Source: a phage. Taken from it: a stretch of 64,000 bases of DNA. The notes under the pieces were generated by a model. That model saw only the letters and a list, made by a program, of their open reading frames with translations, was not told the origin of the DNA and made no database searches. Both the position numbers and the translations under genes were made by a program. The DNA is taken from the NCBI GenBank assembly GCA_038314665.1, contig GCA_038314665.1_3677.1; one strand, written 5' to 3'. The first letter of the stretch is position 1; each line of letters begins with the position of its first letter. This document shows, one piece after another, positions 47,731 to 56,823 of the stretch.

Positions 47731-48914
47731 TGTCAAGAAACGTATTTGAAAGTGGTCAAATCACTGTCCGTGAGTTGCCAGCTATCATTCAGTTTGCCCA
47801 GCGTCATAACCGATCTGTCCTGATTTTAGGACCAATGGGCGTGGGAAAGAGCCAAGTGATGAAGCAGATCGCCGATAATATGTTCGGTGAGCGAGATGAT
47901 AACTTGGTTGACGTGCGACTGTCAGATAAAGATCCTGCCGACTTATCTGGGCTACCTATCCCTGTAGAAGCGGATGGAACTACACGTACAGTATTTGCAA
48001 TTCCAGAATTTTGGCCTGCGGATCCTGACTGGAGCGGAATTATCTTTCTGGATGAGCTCACTCATGCAGATAACTACCTGCAAAAGGTTGCAATGCAAAT
48101 TATGCTCGACCACAAGTGCGGTACCTATGCATTCCCTAAGGGTTCTGTTTTTGTGGCTGCTGGTAACCGTTCTACAGATGGTGCGGTTCTTTCGGCGCTC
48201 GAAGCCCCTCTGGCTAACCGTTTTATCATTGTAGAAGTTACAAGCAATGCAGAGGTGTTTATTGAGGACTACGCATTCCTTAATGGGGTGCACTCCTCTG
48301 TAATTGGATATCTGAAAAGAGTTCCATCAGCTATCGATAATTATGAGGCCATGGCTGAGATTAATTGTCCATCTTTTGCCACACCACGATCTTGGGTTGC
48401 TGCATCTGATATCTTGCACGATTTTGACAGCGGTATTATTTCTGACGCTATGGCCCGTGTTCTTCTGCAAGGTGCTATCGGTCACACTGCAGCGGTAGAG
48501 ATCTGGACTTACCACACCAAGAAACGCAACTTACCGGAAATCGGTCGGATTATGGCAGGAGGTTGCAAAGAATACGTAGGTCCTAAACAGCCGGACATCT
48601 TGTGGATTCTTGGATCTGAAGGTTGTATCGCTATTCGTAATATGATGGAAAATGCAAGTATCTCCGACGAAGATCTTGTTAGCTGTGTGGCAAACTTCCT
48701 CGATTTCCTTTGGGAAAACTTCAAGGACGAGAACCGAGATTTTGTATTCTCAGTCTTTATGGCGATGATGAAACCTAATGCCTTAGGAAATGCCTTGCTT
48801 ATCGGTAAAGGTCGTGACAAGATCGTTGCTCAGCTGATCAAAGCATACCCAAACCTGATGAAGATTGTAAAGGAGTTTGGTGAAGAGTTTAGCGCCATTT
48901 TGGCTAAAGCTTAA
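47730..48914 (+). CDS. MoxR-like AAA+ ATPase (CobS-like)
   Basis: 394 aa; Walker A GPMGVGKS, Walker B IIFLDELTHAD, single AAA module of MoxR/AAA_5 size. Confidence 0.65.
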   Translation: MSRNVFESGQITVRELPAIIQFAQRHNRSVLILGPMGVGKSQVMKQIADNMFGERDDNLVDVRLSDKDPADLSGLPIPVEADGTTRTVFAIPEFWPADPDWSGIIFLDELTHADNYLQKVAMQIMLDHKCGTYAFPKGSVFVAAGNRSTDGAVLSALEAPLANRFIIVEVTSNAEVFIEDYAFLNGVHSSVIGYLKRVPSAIDNYEAMAEINCPSFATPRSWVAASDILHDFDSGIISDAMARVLLQGAIGHTAAVEIWTYHTKKRNLPEIGRIMAGGCKEYVGPKQPDILWILGSEGCIAIRNMMENASISDEDLVSCVANFLDFLWENFKDENRDFVFSVFMAMMKPNALGNALLIGKGRDKIVAQLIKAYPNLMKIVKEFGEEFSAILAKA

Positions 48915-48923
48915 GGAGGTTGT

Positions 48924-49304
48924 ATGGCTAAAGTAGGTAAGCGGGGAAACTACCTGGTGGTATTAACTGAGGAGCCGGAGAAGGAGTACGAATGCAGCTC
49001 CACTTGCGTGATCGATATCCGAGAAAAAGATGTAGATGAAATCTGGTTTAAAATATTGGACGCTTGCGATAGCAGTGATTATTTCTTCATCTATGTCAAC
49101 GATAAGGCTGGGTTCTTCCATGACGACGGAGAGTTACCGTATGAAATTTATGAACTTGTAGAGGCTTGCCATCGTGGAGATGCGGAGTTATTTGGCTTAC
49201 GGCTGAAAAGCGGTAAATTCTTCTATCAAGATGAGTGCATGAATCTTCATAACTTTGTAGAGGGAACTTGCAACGATGGAGAAATTTTGGCACACTACGA
49301 TTAA
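48924..49304 (+). CDS. hypothetical protein
   Basis: 126-aa ORF with AAGGAGG RBS. Confidence 0.45.
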   Translation: MAKVGKRGNYLVVLTEEPEKEYECSSTCVIDIREKDVDEIWFKILDACDSSDYFFIYVNDKAGFFHDDGELPYEIYELVEACHRGDAELFGLRLKSGKFFYQDECMNLHNFVEGTCNDGEILAHYD

Positions 49305-49314
49305 TTTCTAAGAC

Positions 49315-49345
49315 CACCCCGCTTCGGCGGGGATTTTCTATTTGG
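49315..49345 (+). terminator. rho-independent terminator
   Basis: CCCCGC-TTCG-GCGGGG hairpin followed by ATTTTCTATTT. Confidence 0.7.
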
Positions 49346-49352
49346 AGTTATT

Positions 49353-49853
49353 GTGAAAATTAAGATCTTTGCTATTATTTTGAGCGCATTTTTATCGCTG
49401 CCTGTTGTTGCAGCACCAAAACAAAAAGTATACCATACTTGCAAGCCATCAGATACTAAGGAAAACATTCTAGCATGCAATATCTACAGGGAAGCTAGAG
49501 GTGATGGCACGATGGGTATGCTGGCATCTGGGTTTGCCACCCTAAACAGGAAATCTCACCCCAAATACCCAGACACTATAAGAAAGATTGTCTACCAACC
49601 TAACCAGTTTTCGTGGACAAACCACGGCAAAACTTTTAAGGTGACAGAAAAAGATTCATGGGATCACGCTAAAAGTCTTGCAAAGATGCTTCTAAAGGTC
49701 TATAATAACAACCATGTTGCATACATGGCTATGGATATAACAGGTGGAGCAACACACTACCATACAACCAAAGTACGACCGAAATGGGCAAAAAAGATGC
49801 AGAGGACAGCTCAATTCGGGAGCCATATCTACTACAAGGAGTGCAATAAATGA
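49353..49853 (+). CDS. cell wall hydrolase (SleB/Hydrolase_2-like) with N-terminal signal peptide
   Basis: 166 aa; hydrophobic N-terminus MKIKIFAIILSAFLSLPVVAAP; motifs YREARGDG, NQFSWTNHG and GATHYHT resemble the SleB-type hydrolase fold. Confidence 0.55.
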   Translation: MKIKIFAIILSAFLSLPVVAAPKQKVYHTCKPSDTKENILACNIYREARGDGTMGMLASGFATLNRKSHPKYPDTIRKIVYQPNQFSWTNHGKTFKVTEKDSWDHAKSLAKMLLKVYNNNHVAYMAMDITGGATHYHTTKVRPKWAKKMQRTAQFGSHIYYKECNK

Positions 49854-51832
49854 TCGTAAACAGTAATGAAACTAAAGCGGTACTAACCGGGAATATGGAG
49901 GTCACCAGGGGCTCAATTTCTCTGAACAAAGAGACTTTTGGGCTAATTATTAAAGGGATTTACGAAGATAAGGTGCTGGCAAGCTGCCGTGAACCAATCT
50001 TCAATGCCGTGGACTCCCATGTTGAGTCTGGACGGGGGGATGTACCGATCATTATTCACTCTCCTACAGACCTTGAACCATACTTCTTTGTACAGGACGT
50101 TGGATTGGGTATGTCAGAAGAGATGGTCCGCAACACTTTTATGAACCTCGGGGAGTCAACCAAGCGCAACAGCAACGCTCTGGTAGGTAATAAAGGTGTT
50201 GGTTCAAAGGCTCCGTTCAGCATGGTGGACACTTTCGATGTGATCAGTGTGCATAATGGTGTTGAAAGCACATATCTATTGTTCTTGGATCAGGGTATCC
50301 CAAACGTTACCAAGATCCGCGAGCGGAAGACTGAAGAGCACAACGGGGTAAAAGTTCAGTTCCATGTTAAGAAAGAGCATGTACTGAAATATCGCACTGC
50401 TATTGCATCGTGCTTACGCTATGCGAAGTTTCCGTTCACCGTCACCGATCCCATGACCAGTAAGATGTTAGAAGGTGACAAGGTTGAGGCACAGTATCAT
50501 TACGAGAAGGATGGTTGGAAGATGACCATTCTGAAGGGCTATACCAGCTCAGACGAGAGCCGTGTTGTGATGGGTCACCAACCTTACCGCTCTAAGTTCC
50601 TGGAGACATTGACCGATTACCCTGCAATCTGCGTGGAAATTCCTATCGGAGATTGCAATATTAACCCAGGACGTGAATGGACTATAGAGGGCCATGACGA
50701 CGGTGGATTCCAGGATCGCCTGGAGGCCTTTGTCAAAGAAGGTATACGTCTTCGTGGGGCAGAAGTTGTTGCAGAACTGGAGACGGCAAAAACCTCCGCA
50801 GAAGCACGTGAAATGATGAAGAATAGTGGAGTGTTCGGACACATCTTCGGCAAAAACTTTATGTGGAACCGTTGGGAAGAAACAGGGCTTGGCGACTTAG
50901 GCGATTGTGAAATTTTCGCTGGCGGCTTAAATAAAGGCCGCATAGGTTATGCTCGTTACGGAAAGTCGGAGTTCTTACGAGGTGTATACCTTGTATTTAA
51001 CGACGGAGACGGCAAATATAACCGAAATAAGTGTAACTACTTAAGCGAGATCACCGGACGCAACGTTTTCTATTGCCGGGACACGGATCTGGTGAAAGAG
51101 TTTAAAGAGGTGGCACACCATCCGTTCTTTGCAGATACGGTCAAATTGTTATCTGAGCTTCCACGCCGACCTGCGAAGAAAGGTGAAACCAAAACTCATT
51201 ATGAGCCAGGTTATTGGGTTAAAAAACTTGAGAAGGATGGTTACTTCCGTCGTGAACGTATTACTAAGGCAGAGTTCAAGAAGATTAAGCACTGCATTCC
51301 TTATGAGGGTGATATCCAACGTGGAAGTTGTTGGCTGGGGCAGCTGAGTAACATCTACCAGCAAGATTATGACCGCGTGCGTGCGGCACTCCAGATTCCT
51401 GAAGGGGAAGATCTGTACCTGGTATCGGAATCCCGTCTGCTTTGGACTGATCCTGATTGCCAGTATGTTACAGAGAAGAATGTGGAACATTTGTTGAAAG
51501 AGGACGCTTGGAAATTCTTACTGACTCGCGCAGCAAATGAAACTTCATATGACAGCCTGTATAAACAATTAGGGAAAATTATCCCCATGCAAGATTTTGG
51601 AAATTATCGGCCACATTTCCACAAGTGGGAAGGCAACACCGCGTGGAAGCACAGTGAGCTAAATCATCGTGCCAAAATCTTAATCGCCAACCGAGTCAAG
51701 TGCGGGAAGGCCTATATTGCAAGATTGGAAAAGAAATATCCACTTTTGGAGCATGTAGGCTTGAAATATTGGGACACTCCTGCTATGATTGAATACCGTG
51801 AGCTGATTGATACAAAGAATAACACCAAATAA
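49850..51832 (+). CDS. rIIA: rIIA-like protein (GHKL ATPase-like N-terminal domain)
   Basis: 660 aa; N-terminal GHKL-type boxes REPIFNAVDS, DVGLGM, GNKGVGSKA; followed by a second large gene as in rIIA-rIIB pairs. Confidence 0.55.
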   Translation: MIVNSNETKAVLTGNMEVTRGSISLNKETFGLIIKGIYEDKVLASCREPIFNAVDSHVESGRGDVPIIIHSPTDLEPYFFVQDVGLGMSEEMVRNTFMNLGESTKRNSNALVGNKGVGSKAPFSMVDTFDVISVHNGVESTYLLFLDQGIPNVTKIRERKTEEHNGVKVQFHVKKEHVLKYRTAIASCLRYAKFPFTVTDPMTSKMLEGDKVEAQYHYEKDGWKMTILKGYTSSDESRVVMGHQPYRSKFLETLTDYPAICVEIPIGDCNINPGREWTIEGHDDGGFQDRLEAFVKEGIRLRGAEVVAELETAKTSAEAREMMKNSGVFGHIFGKNFMWNRWEETGLGDLGDCEIFAGGLNKGRIGYARYGKSEFLRGVYLVFNDGDGKYNRNKCNYLSEITGRNVFYCRDTDLVKEFKEVAHHPFFADTVKLLSELPRRPAKKGETKTHYEPGYWVKKLEKDGYFRRERITKAEFKKIKHCIPYEGDIQRGSCWLGQLSNIYQQDYDRVRAALQIPEGEDLYLVSESRLLWTDPDCQYVTEKNVEHLLKEDAWKFLLTRAANETSYDSLYKQLGKIIPMQDFGNYRPHFHKWEGNTAWKHSELNHRAKILIANRVKCGKAYIARLEKKYPLLEHVGLKYWDTPAMIEYRELIDTKNNTK

Positions 51833-51842
51833 GGAGACAGTT

Positions 51843-53048
51843 ATGATTTTCATCTACGAACACTTCAAAACTCGTAAAGAAGCACGCGACCGCCGTGCAG
51901 AGCTTGAGAAGAAGGGTTTCACATGTGCCATTGAGAAAGGCGACACAACCTGGACACTGGCAGTTGGTGCCCCAGAGTTGTTCGATCCTGACCGTGACAG
52001 CGTCTGCTACACCCGTGAGGATTTTGAAACCCGCGAAGAGGCCCGTTTATTTCGATACGGTCTGGAAGATAACGGTAAGTACGCCATGATCTTAGATTTA
52101 GGCGAAGGTTCCGTTAAACGTTGGGGCGTGGTATACCCACTGTGTGTTGTTCACGGTGTAGGGTTCACTGGGGTAGCAATCAAGTCAGAAGAACCTTTAG
52201 TAGAAGTAAAAGATCCGGTGTTGGAGGTGGTGAGCAGTGTGTCTCAGCAACAGACTCGAAGCATCGAGCCTTTGGTAGTTATTTGCGGAGAACTCCTCCA
52301 GATCACCTGCAACGAAGGTATTTTTGAAATTCGCCGCAGTGAAAGTGAGGAAGTTTACCAGAAAGTCTTCGACCATATCTCTGTTCAGGAATATGATGAG
52401 GCAATTGGTGAAATCCTTGTCTGGCTGGAACGCAAGAACGAGTTCACTACACTTGCAGACAACCTGATCATGAAAGATGGTAAGCTCTACTACTACGGCG
52501 TAGAGATGCGATCCACCATTGCAAAGAAAATTGAGAAAGACTACGCAGACGGAACATTGGATGACCGCTATGTGAAATTCCTCGTTCGCCTGCTACGCAA
52601 TCCATCTGCAAAATCTGTAAACATGCTTTACGATTTTATGCAGGCCAACGATATCCAGATTGCAGAAGATGGTCGAATCATTTGCTATAAGGGGGTTCAG
52701 TTTAACGGAAGCAAGTGGGTGGATTGGCACAGCGGTAAAGTTCCACAATACCAGGGTGCTTTTGTATCCATGCCTCGTAACTTTGTAGAAGATGATCCGG
52801 AAGCTGCGTGTTCTTATGGCCTGCACTGCGCCAGCAAAGAGTATGCAAAGAGCTACGGCACTGTAATGACTGTTATGGTTGACCCTGCAGATGTGGTTAG
52901 TGTGCCATACCAACACAATAGCGCTAAGTGCCGTGCATGCCGCTATGAGATTGTGGTAGCTCCGGAAGCACGCAAAGATGGAGACCCTATCGAATACGTA
53001 GTTGACCGCGACGGTAACACTATCGACATTCTTTACGAGGAGGCGTAA
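51843..53048 (+). CDS. rIIB: rIIB-like protein (position-based)
   Basis: ORF immediately downstream of rIIA-like gene; ATG 51843 with AAGGAG RBS preferred over track start 51807. Confidence 0.35.
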   Translation: MIFIYEHFKTRKEARDRRAELEKKGFTCAIEKGDTTWTLAVGAPELFDPDRDSVCYTREDFETREEARLFRYGLEDNGKYAMILDLGEGSVKRWGVVYPLCVVHGVGFTGVAIKSEEPLVEVKDPVLEVVSSVSQQQTRSIEPLVVICGELLQITCNEGIFEIRRSESEEVYQKVFDHISVQEYDEAIGEILVWLERKNEFTTLADNLIMKDGKLYYYGVEMRSTIAKKIEKDYADGTLDDRYVKFLVRLLRNPSAKSVNMLYDFMQANDIQIAEDGRIICYKGVQFNGSKWVDWHSGKVPQYQGAFVSMPRNFVEDDPEAACSYGLHCASKEYAKSYGTVMTVMVDPADVVSVPYQHNSAKCRACRYEIVVAPEARKDGDPIEYVVDRDGNTIDILYEEA

Positions 53049-54418
53049 TGGAAAAAGGGCAGTATGATGTAGGCACAGATGCTGCCCTCGTTGCAATCAT
53101 GAGCGGTGAGAATGTCTTCGTCTCAGGACCTGCAGGTTGTGGGAAGACGTACCTCATCAACATGATCCAGTCAATGTATGGAGACTCTTGCATAACGGTT
53201 GCCCCGACAGGGGTAGCCGCTTTAAACGTTAATGGAGCAACAGCACACCGAACCTTCGATCTTGCAGCAGGTGTGAGCATGGAGTCAGACTGGACCGCAA
53301 TAAGGGCAAAAACAGCAAAGCCTTTGAAAAGCAAGGCATTTACCATCCTAATTATCGATGAAATCTCTATGATCCGTGCTGATAAGTTTATAGAGATGGA
53401 TAGGAAACTCCGCTTCCTTCGAAAAAATGACAAACCTTTCGGAGGCATACAGGTCATATTGTTTGGCGATTTTTACCAGGCACCTCCTGTTGTCTCTTCT
53501 ATGGAGAAGGAAGCCTACTTCAACTTCTACCATACGGACCTGTGTTGCTATACCGAATCTTGGAAAGAGCTTGACCTCCACAACATAGCCCTAGTAGATC
53601 AGTTCCGACAGGAGTCTATTCGATTTGCCACAATGCTCAACTGTGTTCGTGAGGGTCGTCGCATAAAAGAAGTTGTAGCAGAACTTAATGCTCGCTGTTA
53701 CAAAGGAGGTGTACCAACAGACGCTCTCACAATTTGCGCCACCAACAAACAAGCGGAGGAAGTGAACAGAAGGTTCTATGATGCCATCAACGCCCCAGAG
53801 AAGGTATACACTGGTGAAATGAAAGGTAAGTTTCCCTCCACCCTGCCAGTTGAGCAGGAGATGAAGTTGAAAATTGGCATGAAGGTTATGATAACCGCCA
53901 ACGATGTTGACCCGACGCACAAAGTACCTTATTATGTTAACGGAACACGTGCCACGATTGTTAAATTTAAGAACAAGGCGGTGGTGGTGGAGCTTGAAGA
54001 TGGAACACAGGTTGACATAGAGCAAAGGTTGTGGGAGAATAACGAGTATAAGCCATCTCAAAGATACAACATTGCAGAAAGGAAGATGGAGAAGTTTATA
54101 GAGAGGGTAGTGATTGGATCATACAGGCAACTTCCTCTGAAATCTGGATACGCCGTAACATCTCATAAAAGTCAAGGACTTACGCTAGATTGTTACAACC
54201 TGGACCTTGGAAAGAACGGAGCTTTCTCTCCTGGGATGACGTATGTTGCTTTGAGTCGAGTTAAGACAATACAAGGAATAAACTTGTTGCGTCCACTAAG
54301 AGAAGTTGACATTATTGTTGACCCGCGAGTCGTAGAGTTTTACAATACAACATTCCCTGACTTAGACAAAATTGTCAGGAAAGATTTTGAAACCAGAGCA
54401 GAAGAGGGGGACGTATGA
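53048..54418 (+). CDS. SF1B DNA helicase (Dda/PIF1/RecD-like)
   Basis: 456 aa; Walker A GPAGCGKT, Walker B LIIDEISM, and GGIQVILFGDFYQ motif typical of Dda/RecD-like helicases. Confidence 0.65.
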   Translation: MEKGQYDVGTDAALVAIMSGENVFVSGPAGCGKTYLINMIQSMYGDSCITVAPTGVAALNVNGATAHRTFDLAAGVSMESDWTAIRAKTAKPLKSKAFTILIIDEISMIRADKFIEMDRKLRFLRKNDKPFGGIQVILFGDFYQAPPVVSSMEKEAYFNFYHTDLCCYTESWKELDLHNIALVDQFRQESIRFATMLNCVREGRRIKEVVAELNARCYKGGVPTDALTICATNKQAEEVNRRFYDAINAPEKVYTGEMKGKFPSTLPVEQEMKLKIGMKVMITANDVDPTHKVPYYVNGTRATIVKFKNKAVVVELEDGTQVDIEQRLWENNEYKPSQRYNIAERKMEKFIERVVIGSYRQLPLKSGYAVTSHKSQGLTLDCYNLDLGKNGAFSPGMTYVALSRVKTIQGINLLRPLREVDIIVDPRVVEFYNTTFPDLDKIVRKDFETRAEEGDV

Positions 54419-54756
54419 GTTTGTGGAGAAATATAGTTAACTACGTGTGTGGCAATCCAACTCCTGAAGAGAAGGATGTTGTGATTCACGATTTTACTAA
54501 AAGATCTCGTGAAAAAGACCTGCTGCTAACAAAGGTGGTTGATAAAGATCCTGCAGTCGGGGACTGGGCAGGTTTTGCGTTTACATCGGACAAATACACC
54601 TTTAACAAAGGTGACTATCTTGTTGTAGATTTTAACGAAGACATTGAGGGTGCTGAACCTTACTATCAGACCCTTATTATTGCAGGGTGCGTTGATCTCT
54701 CTGCAGGAATGCACAGTTTGATTCTTTTTGAGCTTGACTCTGAAGACCTTCAGTAG
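54415..54756 (+). CDS. hypothetical protein
   Basis: 113-aa ORF with overlapping start. Confidence 0.4.
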   Translation: MSLWRNIVNYVCGNPTPEEKDVVIHDFTKRSREKDLLLTKVVDKDPAVGDWAGFAFTSDKYTFNKGDYLVVDFNEDIEGAEPYYQTLIIAGCVDLSAGMHSLILFELDSEDLQ

Positions 54757-54815
54757 TAAGATGTTAGTCTAAAGGGGAGGCACTCCTCCCCACAAAACTA
54801 AGGAAGCACTAAACG

Positions 54816-55118
54816 ATGAAACGTTATAAACCATACACTTTTGAAATCGATTTCGAACTTGACGATATGTTTACTGTGGAAGCTCAAGCAGTTGTCCAGT
54901 TGCCAGACTCGGCGTGCCGTGACTCTGATGTTGACTATTACGGATTTAGACAAATTACCGATGTGCGTGTTTACCACAACGGTAAAGAGGTGGACTTCCA
55001 CCAACTACCAAACGATATGCGCCACTCAATTTACAAACGTGCAGCCCGTGAACTAGAGTCCTATCTGGATGCAGCGACGACAGCAGCTGCATTTGCTGAA
55101 GAAGTTGGAGGTTTCTGA
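54816..55118 (+). CDS. hypothetical protein
   Basis: 100-aa ORF with AAGGAAG RBS. Confidence 0.45.
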   Translation: MKRYKPYTFEIDFELDDMFTVEAQAVVQLPDSACRDSDVDYYGFRQITDVRVYHNGKEVDFHQLPNDMRHSIYKRAARELESYLDAATTAAAFAEEVGGF

Positions 55119-55513
55119 TGATTACAAGTGTGAAGATTATCCAATACCACTTAACCAAATTGGGAGATGCTGAAAAAGAGCTTGCAGAAGTTCTGAATAG
55201 TGGATATACTTTGCTATCATGCGCCTGCTCAGATACCTACGCTGTGTGGACACTTACCCGGAAGGAAGAGCCTGCATGGGTCTTGGTGCCAAACCCTAAG
55301 ATTATTAGTGAGGTGGATGACTACCCTCAGGACGGCGTGCCGGAAGACTGGGTAGTATGGGAAGGTGGTGAAAACCCTGCACCAGGTAAGTGGGTAAAAT
55401 ATAAACTACGTAGTGGTGCACAGTACGCTGACTACTCTGATAACCTAGACTGGAGTCATTCTTCACTAGGATCGTCTGCAAGTTCATATGATATCGTTGC
55501 TTTTCAGGAATAA
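55118..55513 (+). CDS. hypothetical protein
   Basis: 131-aa ORF, ATGA coupling. Confidence 0.45.
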   Translation: MITSVKIIQYHLTKLGDAEKELAEVLNSGYTLLSCACSDTYAVWTLTRKEEPAWVLVPNPKIISEVDDYPQDGVPEDWVVWEGGENPAPGKWVKYKLRSGAQYADYSDNLDWSHSSLGSSASSYDIVAFQE

Positions 55514-55524
55514 GGAGAAGGTGG

Positions 55525-56007
55525 ATGTCAGATTTTATGTGGAAAGTTGGTTATTCCTCCCCTGAAATGTGTAAGGCCTGTTTTGTGAAAATAGGTCGCG
55601 AAGATATCGACAAAGTGATCCTTAAGTTTCGTGATGTGGCTGTGATCGGCAACCGAGTGCTTAAGCACTTAAAGAATCTGAAGCTCACCAAAAAGAAATT
55701 CTTCGGACTTTTCGAAGAGAAAGTTGATGCTTGGACCCATTGCATTCAGGAAGCTAAATCTCACTACAGTGCTATCGTTACCCCAGAACGGGTAGCCAAG
55801 ATGGAAGGACTCATCAACAGCACAGAGTTTGAGTGTCTGAAAGCTGCACTCGATAGTTATCCGAAATGCCTCAAGCACTTGGACAAGTATGTAGAAAAGG
55901 ATGGGGAAATGTATCTCACCCTGGACGCATACTATGAGATGCAAGAAATTTTAAATTTAGATTTGACATTGGTATCCACCGAGTATACAATAGGTATCCG
56001 GGTTTAA
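55525..56007 (+). CDS. hypothetical protein
   Basis: 160-aa ORF with AAGGAGAAGG RBS. Confidence 0.45.
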   Translation: MSDFMWKVGYSSPEMCKACFVKIGREDIDKVILKFRDVAVIGNRVLKHLKNLKLTKKKFFGLFEEKVDAWTHCIQEAKSHYSAIVTPERVAKMEGLINSTEFECLKAALDSYPKCLKHLDKYVEKDGEMYLTLDAYYEMQEILNLDLTLVSTEYTIGIRV

Positions 56008-56012
56008 CACTA

Positions 56013-56041
56013 GGCCCTGCCCGAAAGGGTGGGGCTTTTTG
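56013..56041 (+). terminator. rho-independent terminator
   Basis: GCCCTGCCC-GAAA-GGGTGGGGC hairpin followed by TTTTTG; overlaps the track start of the next ORF, so the real start lies downstream. Confidence 0.65.
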
Positions 56042-56058
56042 CATTAGGAGACAGCAAA

Positions 56059-56823
56059 TTGAAATTTATCTACAAAGAACACTACCACAAAGGTGTTGTG
56101 TGGAGTCTATTTGACGGGTCTGGTGGTGCAGTCATTGACTGGGCAAAAGCTGGGTACCTGTGCCTGTGCTTTAATGCAGAAGGTGCTGATCACGGCAGTT
56201 ATGCAGAGGTGATAACCGATCATCCCAACATTCACTATGTGGATTATTGGATTGACCCATGGTTCCCTCAGGAAACTTTTTGCATGTACCCAGCTCCAGA
56301 CTTTATTCTTGCATTTCCTCCGTGCACGCATTTAGCGGTATCAGGTGCTGCACATTTTAAGAAAAAGCTGGCTAAGGACCCTATGATCCAAATTAATGCT
56401 GTAAAGGATGCTCGGGTTGCGGAAGAGCTGGGAGAGATTTACGATTGCCCGTGGCATGTAGAGAATCCTGTAGGTGTTATGTCCACACTGTGGCGCAAAC
56501 CTGATTACCGTTTTCATCCTTCTGACTATGGCGGGTATTTACCGGAGGATGATGTAAACCCTTGGTTTCCTGAATTTATAGCTCCACGCGATGCCTATCC
56601 AAAAATAACTTGCGGCTGGATAGGTAATGGATTTATAATCCCGGTCACAAAACCTGTCCCGCAAATAGTTGACGCGGTTAGCGGGTATTCCATGCAACAC
56701 GCTAAGCTAGGTGGAAAAAGTGCAAGGACGAAGATGATTCGAAGCCTCACGCCCCGTGGCTGGGCAAAAGCCGTATTCTTAGCAAACGAGCCTGTGGTAA
56801 GGAGCAGAATTAATGGGAAGTAA
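56059..56823 (+). CDS. DNA (cytosine-5)-methyltransferase-like protein
   Basis: Motif I-like LFDGSGG, motif IV-like FPPCTHLAVSG (Pro-Cys), ENV-like HVENPVG; TTG start at 56059 with AGGAGA RBS (start uncertain). Confidence 0.5.
   Translation: MKFIYKEHYHKGVVWSLFDGSGGAVIDWAKAGYLCLCFNAEGADHGSYAEVITDHPNIHYVDYWIDPWFPQETFCMYPAPDFILAFPPCTHLAVSGAAHFKKKLAKDPMIQINAVKDARVAEELGEIYDCPWHVENPVGVMSTLWRKPDYRFHPSDYGGYLPEDDVNPWFPEFIAPRDAYPKITCGWIGNGFIIPVTKPVPQIVDAVSGYSMQHAKLGGKSARTKMIRSLTPRGWAKAVFLANEPVVRSRINGK

Noticed and set aside
54770-54795. GGGGAGG-CACT-CCTCCCC hairpin as a terminator
   Set aside because: Not followed by a T-tract on either strand; may be a stability hairpin, but not called
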